DNA of 64,000 bases from Oscillospiraceae bacterium (GTDB taxonomy: Bacteria; Bacillota; Clostridia; Oscillospirales; Oscillospiraceae). This document shows positions 39,624 to 48,180 of this stretch, one piece after another. The stretch spans positions 35,823-99,822 of the forward strand of contig JAFQZI010000035.1 in NCBI GenBank assembly GCA_017406005.1, in the 5' to 3' direction. The first letter of the stretch is position 1; each line of letters starts with the position of its first letter. The notes below the pieces were generated by a model, which worked only from the letters and a program-made list of their open reading frames with translations, did no database searches and was not told the DNA's origin. The position numbers and the translations under genes were made by a program.

Positions 39624-41216
39624 TTACATCAGCGGAGCTACAAACTTCATCAGTTTTCCCGCTATTTTGTAGAAACGTTTTTCATTTGGAAGCGTTTTGA
39701 GCGTTACTTCACGGCATTTGCAGAGCGTTTCCTGAAAATCCTTTTCCATATCCGAAATACAGGCGCAGCGATAGAGATAGGCAGCGCACTCAAAATGATG
39801 ATAAAGGCTTCTGTAGTCAAGGTTGATGGTGCCTACCACCGCCTTCACATCATCGCTCACAAAAACCTTGGCATGGATAAAACCCGGTGAATATTCATAG
39901 ATCTTTACTCCTGCTTCCAGCAAAGCCTGATAGTGTGATTTGGCGAGGGCATAAGCCATCTTCTTGTCCGGGATGCCCGGCAGGATCAGCTTCACATCCA
40001 CTCCGCGCTTGGCGGCATATTCCAGAGACGCCTGCATTTCTCCGTCAAGGATCAGATACGGCGTCATAATGTGCACATAATCAGTAGCCCGGTTGAGAAT
40101 ATCCATATACACGGTTTCGCCCACTTTTTCCGCATCGAGCGGGCAGTCGGCGTAGGGGATCACGTATCCGCTGGGATGTTCCGGTACATCCTCCGGTTCT
40201 TGCAGATAAGGGAGAAAGTCAGGGCTTTTTTCACCCTCTTCATCTACTGTCCACATCTGCAGGAACATCAGCGTAAAGCTTTTTACAGCACTCCCACGCA
40301 GCAGCACGGAGGTATCCTTCCAGTGGCCGAAGCGTTTGACCCGGTTGATGTACTCATCCGCGAGATTGAAACCGCCGGTAAAAGCCGTTTTTCCGTCTAT
40401 AATCACGATTTTTCGGTGATCCCGGTAATTATAGCGAGAAGAGACAAAGGGATGGATCGGTGCAAAGGTTTTTGCCCGGATGCCCTGCTTCTCCAGAAGC
40501 TGATAATAGTTTTTTGGAAGCGTGAAGATTTCACTCAGGCCGTCATACAATACGCGCACATCCACGCCGGAAGCAGCCTTTTCAACAAGAATTTTCAGCA
40601 CTTCGCTCCACATATATCCTTCTTCGATGAGGAAGAATTCCATAAAAATATAATGCTCGGCCTTTTTCAGCTCCTCAAGCAGCATGCGGAAAGAATCCTC
40701 TCCCTGCGGGAAGTAGACTACTTCCGTGTTCTTATAAATCGGAAAGCATCCGGTGAGGTTGAGATAAGTGGCAAGATCATCTGTCCCCGAGCCATCCGCC
40801 TCCAGCTCTTCCCGAACGCCTTCAGGCTGCCTGATCAGGGCCTTCGTCTCACGGATCAGCTCCTCTACACGCCGCTTCAGCACGCGGTGGCCGAGATTTG
40901 TCTGCGTATAAAGCAGGAAAAACGCACCGGAAATGGGCATGATGGCAATCAGGAACATCCATGTCAGCTTTGCCGCGGAGTCCATGGAATTGTTGAACAG
41001 ATAGATGACCATCGCGGCAGAAAAGATGAACTCAAAGATTCGGAAATGCGGAATATATTCCGTTATCCACCAGAAGATCCCGACCAGGATTCCAACCTGC
41101 AGGAGAAGCAGTGTGAGAATAACGAGAAAGCGGCTGAAGATCAGGCGTAGGAAGCCTTTTCGCATCGGTTTTGCCAGCCGTAATATTTCGGAACCGCTCA
41201 TTTTGGAACTGCCCAA
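39624..41216 (-). CDS. cls: cardiolipin synthase
   Basis: Two N-terminal TM segments and two HKD motifs (HRKIVIIDG, HAKVFVSDD). Confidence 0.9.
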   Translation of the reverse strand: MGSSKMSGSEILRLAKPMRKGFLRLIFSRFLVILTLLLLQVGILVGIFWWITEYIPHFRIFEFIFSAAMVIYLFNNSMDSAAKLTWMFLIAIMPISGAFFLLYTQTNLGHRVLKRRVEELIRETKALIRQPEGVREELEADGSGTDDLATYLNLTGCFPIYKNTEVVYFPQGEDSFRMLLEELKKAEHYIFMEFFLIEEGYMWSEVLKILVEKAASGVDVRVLYDGLSEIFTLPKNYYQLLEKQGIRAKTFAPIHPFVSSRYNYRDHRKIVIIDGKTAFTGGFNLADEYINRVKRFGHWKDTSVLLRGSAVKSFTLMFLQMWTVDEEGEKSPDFLPYLQEPEDVPEHPSGYVIPYADCPLDAEKVGETVYMDILNRATDYVHIMTPYLILDGEMQASLEYAAKRGVDVKLILPGIPDKKMAYALAKSHYQALLEAGVKIYEYSPGFIHAKVFVSDDVKAVVGTINLDYRSLYHHFECAAYLYRCACISDMEKDFQETLCKCREVTLKTLPNEKRFYKIAGKLMKFVAPLM

Positions 41217-41366
41217 TCCTCTGCCCCCTTTCGGTTTTATGGGCTATCGCCCCCTGTTTGCCTATACTAACACAAAGGCCTGAACTTGGCAACTGTTTTG
41301 ATACGGTTGCATTCCTCTCTGCGTCTTGGTACAATGATCAAAAAAAGAGGGAACGGAGCTTACACC

Positions 41367-42224
41367 ATGGATCAGGAAGTTCTTTTTCATATCAGGCCTC
41401 TCTTCGCCGATGCATTTGCCTGCAAGGCAGGGGAGTGCCGTCACAGCTGCTGCAGAGGCTGGGAAATTGACATCGATGAAAACACCCTTTCACACTATCG
41501 GCAGTTGTCCGGCGCCTGGCGCGAGCGAATGGATGCTGCCATCTGTGAGGATAAATACGGCGCCCATTTTCGCCTCACATCGGAGAATGCCTGCCCTTTT
41601 CTCCGTTCCGACGGCCTGTGCGACCTGATCCTTGCTTTCGGAGAGGATGCCCTCTGTGATATATGCGCCCTGCATCCGCGCTTTTATGAGCTGATCGGGC
41701 AGTTTGAGCTTTCCGGCCTCGGGCTGAGCTGCGAAGCGGTCTGTGAACTTCTCCTCTCGGAAAACGGAGAACTTTTGTACTTCTGTGAAGAAACGGAAGA
41801 ATCCTTTCCGATCTTCGCTCTCCTCTCCCGCCTCGGCTTTCCGGCAGAAAATCATTCTCTGTCTTTTCTCCCTGTTGAAGATCCCGCCCGAATGCTTGCC
41901 CGGCTGGAGAAAACCGAGCCCATTGATGAAGCCTGGCCGCTCGAGCTTGCCCGCATCCGTCGGGACTGGGCTGAGCACCCTGTTCCGCTGCCGATCGGGC
42001 CGCGATACGACAGGATTTTTTCCTATCTCCTATTCCGCGTCCTGGAGGAAGTTCCTCTCCGCGGGCTTGATGCCGTCCTTTCCTATGTGCGTGACGGAGT
42101 GAGCTTTGTCGCCCTGCATGATGCCCTGTACGGCGAGGATGCGGAAGCGATGAGGCGCTGGTCGGAACAGATCGAATACAGCACCGAAAATATCCCCTAC
42201 CTGCTATCCTGTTTCGAGGCCTGA
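41367..42224 (+). CDS. FliB-like lysine-N-methylase / Cys-rich metal-binding protein
   Basis: CKAGECRHSCCRGWEIDID and CPFLRSDGLCDL motifs, as in the flagellin lysine methylase family. GGAG RBS before the ATG at 41367. The ORF-track TTG at 41286 is not supported. Confidence 0.65.
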   Translation: MDQEVLFHIRPLFADAFACKAGECRHSCCRGWEIDIDENTLSHYRQLSGAWRERMDAAICEDKYGAHFRLTSENACPFLRSDGLCDLILAFGEDALCDICALHPRFYELIGQFELSGLGLSCEAVCELLLSENGELLYFCEETEESFPIFALLSRLGFPAENHSLSFLPVEDPARMLARLEKTEPIDEAWPLELARIRRDWAEHPVPLPIGPRYDRIFSYLLFRVLEEVPLRGLDAVLSYVRDGVSFVALHDALYGEDAEAMRRWSEQIEYSTENIPYLLSCFEA

Positions 42225-42271
42225 GAAGGGAAAACTGCTACAGGCCTAAGAAGGGAAAACTGCATTTCTCC

Positions 42272-42300
42272 TTGAAGAAAAGGGAATTCTGTGGTATGAT
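42272..42300 (+). promoter_or_regulatory. candidate sigma-A promoter for the 42342-45100 gene pair
   Basis: TTGAAG, 17-nt spacer, TATGAT. Confidence 0.45.
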
Positions 42301-42341
42301 ATACTATCCCGTAACAGGTTCTATTGCGAGGTTGATTATTC

Positions 42342-43256
42342 ATGAAAAACCGGCAACTTAAATATACATATAATCGCAAAAGCTTCTTTGGCAAAGCAGC
42401 CGCGCTCTGTCTGATCCTCTCAATTGTGTTCCGTGCCGTCGGCGGCCTCCTGAACAGGACGATTTTTGAAGACAGATTTGCAACCTTTGAGTTTGCTCTG
42501 CCTATTCTTTGCGCTTTGCTTTATCTTTTATGCCTGATCTGCTTCGGCAGAAGATGGTTTAAGATTACGGTGTTTCCGTTCGTGCTTGGTGTGATGGCAT
42601 GTGTGGTGCGTCTATTCTCCTATGATAACCTAATGCAGCAGGAGATGCCGGTGGAACGCATCCTGGTCACCGTGTTCTTCGTATTAATTCTCACGGCGGT
42701 CTATTCTGCCGTTGCCTTTAACGGCCTTCGGGCAAGGATCCTGCTCTTCCTGCTGTTCCTTGTGCCGCTTGCCTATCATGCGGTTTTTGAAATCTATCCC
42801 GTGATCAAAGCGGGTTATGGGCTGAATGCCTCACTTGTCCTGATGGAACTGAGCGTGCTTTCGGTGATTTTTGCCATGCTCTTTGTCTCTCTCGCTTTAA
42901 GCAGCAAACCACGCGTAACCGATGTGGATCCCGACAGCGGGAAGACCGTTGTTCCGCCTCTGCCGGGCGACAAGCTGGATGAAAAGCCTCCTGTTGTTAC
43001 CGGTGGCGCACCGGCTCAGACACCCGAAAAGCCGGGGCCGGCTCCCGAAAAACCGGCGGAAGTCCGCCCCGAGCCGGAAGTTGTCCCTGAACCTGAAAAG
43101 GAAGAAGCCGCTCCTTCGCCTGTCGAGGCTCCTGCCGCTTCTGTCAATGCTTTCGAAGAGCCGGAATATGATCCCTTTGCGCCTTCTTCCGGGCCCATTA
43201 AACTGACGTTGAATCCCGATCTCGGCTTTGATAACGCAGAAGGAGAAGATGCCTGA
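42342..43256 (+). CDS. hypothetical polytopic membrane protein with a Pro/Glu-rich disordered C-terminal tail
   Basis: About 6 hydrophobic segments, then about 110 aa of PEKP/EPEV low complexity. The stop overlaps the next ATG by 1 nt. Confidence 0.6.
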   Translation: MKNRQLKYTYNRKSFFGKAAALCLILSIVFRAVGGLLNRTIFEDRFATFEFALPILCALLYLLCLICFGRRWFKITVFPFVLGVMACVVRLFSYDNLMQQEMPVERILVTVFFVLILTAVYSAVAFNGLRARILLFLLFLVPLAYHAVFEIYPVIKAGYGLNASLVLMELSVLSVIFAMLFVSLALSSKPRVTDVDPDSGKTVVPPLPGDKLDEKPPVVTGGAPAQTPEKPGPAPEKPAEVRPEPEVVPEPEKEEAAPSPVEAPAASVNAFEEPEYDPFAPSSGPIKLTLNPDLGFDNAEGEDA

Positions 43257-45100
43257 TGAAACAGGCGAAAAACGTTTCTTCGCTTGACAGCTTTGAGAGC
43301 TATATTGCGCGGAAGCGTGCTGAAGATGACAGGGTATCCCTCCAGGTTTATCGGAGGGAACTGACGCCTGTCCTGCGAAGGCGGCGCATGAGGATTCTCC
43401 TTATTGTGCTGGCTGTTGCAGCCGTTGCCATCCTGACGCTTGCGTTTCTGATCCGCAGCATACAGGACAGCCGTGCTTATGACCGCTATATCGAAGAAGC
43501 GCAGATGAGCACCCTCAGCGGCGATTATGACAGCGCGCTTTCTCTTCTTCGGAAAGCTGCTATGATTGACCCCTCTGATGAATGCCTTCTGATGATGGCG
43601 CAGTGCTATGAGGCACAGGGCAATTACGACCGTGCTATTGAAGCCCTTCGCACCATGAAGTCAACAGAGTCGGCAATCACCTCCAAAATAGCCTCCATTG
43701 AGGCGAAAAAGAAGATCAAGGCCAATGCGGGCCTTGTGTCGATCAACGGCCGTTCTCACAGCATCACCGAGACAAGCCTTGTGCTCGACAACCAGAACCT
43801 GGGGGACGGGGTGCTCTCCGAGGTTTCTAAAATGTACGCCCTGAGCAACCTTTCCCTTGCAGGGAACGGCATTACGGACATCAGCCCCATCACGGCTCTC
43901 GGTGGGCTCACCACACTCAATCTCAGCAACAACTCTGTGCAGGATATCACACCACTCTCCGAACTCCCTGCGCTGCGCACGCTCTATCTTGACAACAATC
44001 CGATTCGTGATTTCTCTCCGCTTTATTCCATACCGTCTCTTACAACGCTCAGCATCAAAGGTGTTCCCATTACAGAAGATGCCCTGAAAGCGCTTTCCAA
44101 TGCACTGCCGAACTGTGCCATCAACGGTGCTGCGACGGAAGAGAAAAATCAGCTCATTGCCCTCGGGGGTGAAACGTTCCAGGCCGATATCACCACGCTC
44201 GATCTCAGCGGCCGCGGGCTGACGGATATTTCGGCTCTGTCCGCTTGCCAGAATCTCACATCGCTCAATCTCAGCGGCAACAGTATTTCTGACCTGACGC
44301 CGCTTATGGATATTCCCGGATTGCAGACGCTTACGCTGGCCTATAACAACGTTTCCGATCTGCGCCCGCTGATGGGCCTTGCTTCCATCCGCACGCTCGA
44401 TGTCTCCTACAACTCCGTGTCGTCCACGGTCCCGCTTGGGTCTCTTGCCTCACTGCAGGAGCTGAATCTTGCCGGCAACGGCCTGAGCAATTTTACCGGG
44501 CTGAGCAAACTCACCAACCTCACATCCCTCAACCTTGCCGCTACGGGCTTTTCGGATGCAAATGTTGACCAGCTCCTTTCCCTCCGCCTGCTCCGTACTC
44601 TCAATGTGGAGAACAACGGAGGCTTCACGGGCACAGGATATGATACCCTGCGCTATAATCTGCCCGGCTGCAACATTGTCCATTCCAGCCTGGCATATGC
44701 CGTACCTGCCGAGACTTACACCATACAGACGGATGCAACCGAGCTTGACCTCTCCAATACCGGCGTGAGTGATCTCTCATTCCTCATGCAGATGAACAAC
44801 CTGTCGACGCTTCGGCTTTCCGGCAACGGCATTACCTCCATTTCCGCTTTCCAGTTTACCGAGTCCTGGCGCACGCTATCCGTGCTGGATCTCAGCTATA
44901 ACAATATTCTCGATCCCACGCCTCTCACAGGTCTCGTGAATCTGACATCGCTTGACTTGTCCTACAACCAGATCACAAATATTATGCCGCTTTATGTTCT
45001 GCGGAACTTGCGTGAACTCAACCTGACGGGCAATCCCGTCCCTGCTGACCAGATTCGCGATCTCAACTCCATCCTTCCGTACTGTTTTATCATCCACTGA
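43256..45100 (+). CDS. single-pass membrane protein with TPR region and internalin-like leucine-rich repeats
   Basis: TM segment ILLIVLAVAAVAILTLAFLI, TPR-like helices, then many ~22-aa units of the form LxxLxLxxNxIxDIxPL. Confidence 0.8.
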   Translation: MKQAKNVSSLDSFESYIARKRAEDDRVSLQVYRRELTPVLRRRRMRILLIVLAVAAVAILTLAFLIRSIQDSRAYDRYIEEAQMSTLSGDYDSALSLLRKAAMIDPSDECLLMMAQCYEAQGNYDRAIEALRTMKSTESAITSKIASIEAKKKIKANAGLVSINGRSHSITETSLVLDNQNLGDGVLSEVSKMYALSNLSLAGNGITDISPITALGGLTTLNLSNNSVQDITPLSELPALRTLYLDNNPIRDFSPLYSIPSLTTLSIKGVPITEDALKALSNALPNCAINGAATEEKNQLIALGGETFQADITTLDLSGRGLTDISALSACQNLTSLNLSGNSISDLTPLMDIPGLQTLTLAYNNVSDLRPLMGLASIRTLDVSYNSVSSTVPLGSLASLQELNLAGNGLSNFTGLSKLTNLTSLNLAATGFSDANVDQLLSLRLLRTLNVENNGGFTGTGYDTLRYNLPGCNIVHSSLAYAVPAETYTIQTDATELDLSNTGVSDLSFLMQMNNLSTLRLSGNGITSISAFQFTESWRTLSVLDLSYNNILDPTPLTGLVNLTSLDLSYNQITNIMPLYVLRNLRELNLTGNPVPADQIRDLNSILPYCFIIH

Positions 45101-45147
45101 GATTTTTCAATTCTATCCCGGGAGGTCTTCTGTTTTCCCTGGAATTA

Positions 45148-45156
45148 TGCTATAAT
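45148..45156 (+). promoter_or_regulatory. extended -10 element (TGCTATAAT) upstream of hpf
   Basis: TGnTATAAT about 80 nt upstream of the hpf ATG. The -35 is weak (TTCTGT). Confidence 0.35.
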
Positions 45157-45236
45157 AAAATCACCGATTGGTGTTTTATGTTTTCCCTTGGCAGACACCC
45201 GCAACACAATACGCAAAAAAGAAAGGAGCAACCACC

Positions 45237-45803
45237 ATGAAGTTCACATTTACCGAAAAAAGAATGGGTTCGTCCGAAGAACTAAGAGAGTATACCCGCC
45301 GCAAAGTCGGCAAGCTCGACAGGTTTTTCAAGACGGAAGCAGAGGCTTTTGTAACCTTCAGCCTTGAAAGAGGCAGATATCTCGCTGAAATCACGATCCA
45401 CAACAACGGCATGTACTACAGGGCAAGCGAGCTTACCTCTGATATGTATGCCTCTGTCGATTCCGGCGTGGCCGCTATTGAAAGGCAGATCCGCCGCAAC
45501 AAGACGCGTTTGGAGAAGCGCCTGAGAGACGGTGCTTTTGACAAAGAAAGCAGCTACGTCCCGTCGTATGCCCCTGTTGAGGCGAAGGAAGAGAAGGAAG
45601 ACGAGGAATTCAAAATCGTCCGCAGCAAGCACTTCTCCATCAAGCCCATGTCTCCGGAAGAGGCTATCCTGCAGATGAATCTCCTCGGCCATGAGTTTTT
45701 TGTGTTCAAAAACATGCAGGAAGACGATGCTGTCTCTGTCGTTTACAAGCGCAAACAGGGCGGCTACGGCATGATCTGCGACGACGGAACGCAGGAAGCC
45801 TGA
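45237..45803 (+). CDS. hpf: ribosome hibernation promoting factor, long form
   Basis: S30AE/YfiA N-terminal domain plus a C-terminal dimerisation domain (FFVFKN...VVYKRKQGGYGMI). AAAGGAG RBS before the ATG at 45237. Confidence 0.92.
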   Translation: MKFTFTEKRMGSSEELREYTRRKVGKLDRFFKTEAEAFVTFSLERGRYLAEITIHNNGMYYRASELTSDMYASVDSGVAAIERQIRRNKTRLEKRLRDGAFDKESSYVPSYAPVEAKEEKEDEEFKIVRSKHFSIKPMSPEEAILQMNLLGHEFFVFKNMQEDDAVSVVYKRKQGGYGMICDDGTQEA

Positions 45804-45814
45804 ATAAACGTTTT

Positions 45815-46018
45815 TTCCCCTCTACTTTTGCTTGCGACATCGCACGAATGTACTTGCCATACTTCTTGATTCCCCTACTTTAGTTCGCGCGTCTGAGCAC
45901 CAATATATTTGAAATACGCTATATTCCACTCTACTTATGCTCGCGACGGAGCATTAAAATCGAAGTACAATGTTGCCTTCGCGAGCCCTGGTATGCACCA
46001 ATTACAAGTTGACTGACC
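45815..46018 (+). repeat. structured intergenic element, locus B: three tandem ~55-nt units, with only the last intact (core 45939-45986)
   Basis: Units begin near 45815, 45870 and 45924, each with a TTCC(C/A)CT(C)TACTT... left end. The core reads GCTCGCGACGGAGCATTAAAATCGAAGTACAATGTTGCCTTCGCGAGC. Confidence 0.85.
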
Positions 46019-46119
46019 AAAAAAGATTAAAAATCCATCAACCCTATTGAAGTTCCCGCGTTTTCGTTGTATAATCTCTTATCTCTATGAAAGAAATCTA
46101 GCAGGAGAGTAATTGACTT

Positions 46120-48078
46120 ATGGCTGACAAAGAAAAGAAGTCCGCTTCCGCCGGGAAGACGGACTATACCAAAATCATTGCAATCGCTCTTGCAGTCTGT
46201 GCCATCATTGCGCTGATTCTCGGCATCAATCTTGGCAATGTTTCCGGTAAGCTGAAGGAAAGCGTCAATGAAGCTGCTGAGCTGCAGGAAACCGTAACCC
46301 AGAAGGAAGAAGAAATCAAAACAATCGCCGCGGAGAAAGAAGAAGCCGTTGCTGCTGTCGTAGCGGAGAAGGAAGAGGCTGTTGCAGCTGTCGTTGCCGA
46401 GAAGGAAGAGGCTGTTGCAGCTGTCGTTGCCGAGAAGGAAGAAGCCGTTGCAGCCGTCGTGGCCGAAAAGGAAGAGGCCGTCGCCGCCGCTGTTGCGGAA
46501 AAGGATGTTGCCGTAGCTGAAAAAGAAGAGGCCGTCTCCACTCTGAAAATGTATAACGAGGAGCCTGATACCTACGTTAAAAAAGAATTAGAGAAACAGA
46601 TGGCCGAAAAGGAAGCTGCTTTCCAGGCTGAAATCGAAGCAATGAAGGCCGACGCGAAGGAAGCTGCCGCCGTAGCGGAGAAAAAACTCACTGACCTCGC
46701 TTACGATAAAGGCATTGAGTTGAACAATGCCCTTGCCGAGCATGAAGAAGCTCTGACGGTTGCCTTCGCTGCCGACAAGCAGGAAGCTCTCGATGCTGCC
46801 GCAGCTGACAAGGCAGAAGCTCTTGAAGCCGCTGCTGTCGAGAAGGAAGAAGCCGTTGCCGCTGTTGTAGCCGAGAAAGAAGAAGCTCTCGAAGCTGCCG
46901 CAGCTGATAAGGCTCAGGCGCTCGAAGCTGCAGCCGCCGATAAGGAAGAAGCTGTCGCTGCCGTCGTTGCGGAGAAGGATGAAGCTGTCGCAGCCCTTAC
47001 AGCTGAGAAAGAGGAAGCAGTCGCAGCCCTCACAGCCGAGAAGGAAGAAGCCCTTGAAGCTGCTGCTGCCGACAAGGCTCAGGCCCTTGAAGAAGCTGCA
47101 ACCGATAAGGCCCAGGCTCTCGAAGAGGCCGCTGCCGACAAGGCAAAGGCTCTGGATGAAGCTGCTGCTGACAAAGCTCAGGCTCTGGAAGAGGCTGCTG
47201 CCGACAAGAAGGCCGCTCTCGAAGAAGCTGCCGCCGACAAAGCTCAGGCTCTGGAAGAAGCCGCAGCCGATAAGAAAGCCGCTCTCGAAGATGCAGCTGC
47301 CGACAAGGCTCAGGCTCTTGATGAAGCCGCAGCTGACAAGGCAAAGGCTCTTGAAGATGCTGCAGCTGACAAAGCAAAAGCTCTGGAAGAAGCCGCAGCC
47401 GACAAGGCAAAGGCTCTGGATGATGCTGCTGCCGATAAAGCAAAAGCTCTTGATGAAGCTGCTGCTGATAAGGCCAAGGCACTCGAAGAAGCCGCAGCTG
47501 ACAAGGCAAAGGCTCTGGATGAAGCTGCTGCTGATAAGAAGGCTGCTTTGGAAGAGGCCGCTGCCGACAAGAAGGCCGCCCTCGAACAGGCTGCCGCCGA
47601 GAAGGAGGCAGCTCTCCTCAAGCTCGCTGAAGAGCATGATATTGAGGTTAAGAGTATCAAGAAAGCACATCGTGCCGATCTCCTGAAGCTGAGAAAGATT
47701 CTGGAAGCTGATCTTGAGAAGATGCAGGATGAATATGAAATCACCGAAGAAGAGCTTAAAAATGCTTCCGAGGATGACACCGTCCTCATCGCAGATCTGA
47801 AAGACAGGATTGTCGGCATCAAAGAAAAGATGGCGCAGCAGGCTGCCCTGATTGAAGAGCTGAACGTGCTCCTCGGCAACCGTGGCTATGAGTATACCGA
47901 TGATGGCGATGTGGTTTACACCGTCACCAGAGGCGATACGCTTGCCATCATTTGCACCAAGTGCGGTGTTGACTACTGGAAGAACCGTGACGATATCCTT
48001 GAGGTCAACGGCCTTGATAATGAGAACCAGATCATGGTCGGCCAGATCCTCAAGATCCCCGGATGGTCCTTCGATTGA
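46120..48078 (+). CDS. membrane-anchored Ala/Glu/Lys-rich hendecad-repeat protein with a C-terminal LysM domain
   Basis: N-terminal TM segment (IIAIALAVCAIIALILGI), 6 plus 26 uninterrupted 11-aa repeats, and a LysM signature YTVTRGDTLAIIC...NQIMVGQILKIP. Confidence 0.8.
   Translation: MADKEKKSASAGKTDYTKIIAIALAVCAIIALILGINLGNVSGKLKESVNEAAELQETVTQKEEEIKTIAAEKEEAVAAVVAEKEEAVAAVVAEKEEAVAAVVAEKEEAVAAVVAEKEEAVAAAVAEKDVAVAEKEEAVSTLKMYNEEPDTYVKKELEKQMAEKEAAFQAEIEAMKADAKEAAAVAEKKLTDLAYDKGIELNNALAEHEEALTVAFAADKQEALDAAAADKAEALEAAAVEKEEAVAAVVAEKEEALEAAAADKAQALEAAAADKEEAVAAVVAEKDEAVAALTAEKEEAVAALTAEKEEALEAAAADKAQALEEAATDKAQALEEAAADKAKALDEAAADKAQALEEAAADKKAALEEAAADKAQALEEAAADKKAALEDAAADKAQALDEAAADKAKALEDAAADKAKALEEAAADKAKALDDAAADKAKALDEAAADKAKALEEAAADKAKALDEAAADKKAALEEAAADKKAALEQAAAEKEAALLKLAEEHDIEVKSIKKAHRADLLKLRKILEADLEKMQDEYEITEEELKNASEDDTVLIADLKDRIVGIKEKMAQQAALIEELNVLLGNRGYEYTDDGDVVYTVTRGDTLAIICTKCGVDYWKNRDDILEVNGLDNENQIMVGQILKIPGWSFD
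46324..46521 (+). repeat. in-frame 33-nt tandem repeat, about 6 units (VVAEKEEAVAA)
   Basis: Read directly from the DNA and the translation. Confidence 0.9.
46765..47622 (+). repeat. in-frame 33-nt tandem repeat, 26 units (AAADKAKALEE type)
   Basis: 26 consecutive 11-codon units counted by hand with no phase break. Units differ at synonymous sites. Confidence 0.9.
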
Positions 48079-48094
48079 GTAACTGAATAATGTA

Positions 48095-48127
48095 AAAAAT
48101 CCAGCCCCCAAAGGGCTGGATTTTTTC
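48095..48127 (+). terminator. rho-independent terminator after the LysM repeat gene
   Basis: Stem CCAGCCC/GGGCTGG with flanking A and T runs (AAAAAATCCAGCCCCCAAAGGGCTGGATTTTTT). Confidence 0.8.
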
Positions 48128-48180
48128 ATTTCCGGAATCTATTCGGTTCACTATTTCCCGCAAAACTTTAAAGTTCAGTC

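Noticed and set aside
40071-41150. 359-aa plus-strand ORF
   Set aside because: Antisense to cardiolipin synthase, which has both HKD motifs intact.
45804-46119. Known raiA-motif RNA, considered because the array is adjacent to hpf (raiA family)
   Set aside because: That motif is described upstream of raiA-type genes as a single copy. Here the sequence is downstream of hpf and belongs to a dispersed five-copy family. I cannot match it from memory to the raiA consensus, so no claim is made. An Rfam scan would settle it.
46324-47622. Noncoding satellite interpretation of the 33-nt tandem repeats
   Set aside because: The repeats are in frame within a long ORF that has TM and LysM ends. The units vary mainly at synonymous positions, so they are coding.
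46588-48129. 513-aa minus-strand ORF and several other long ORFs (46164-46541, 46967-47686, 47030-47509, 47310-47879) in the repeat region
   Set aside because: These are alternative frames of the 33-nt tandem repeat. Only the plus-strand 46120-48078 frame has a start with a TM helix, a coherent repeat and a LysM domain. The others are periodic low-complexity artefacts.
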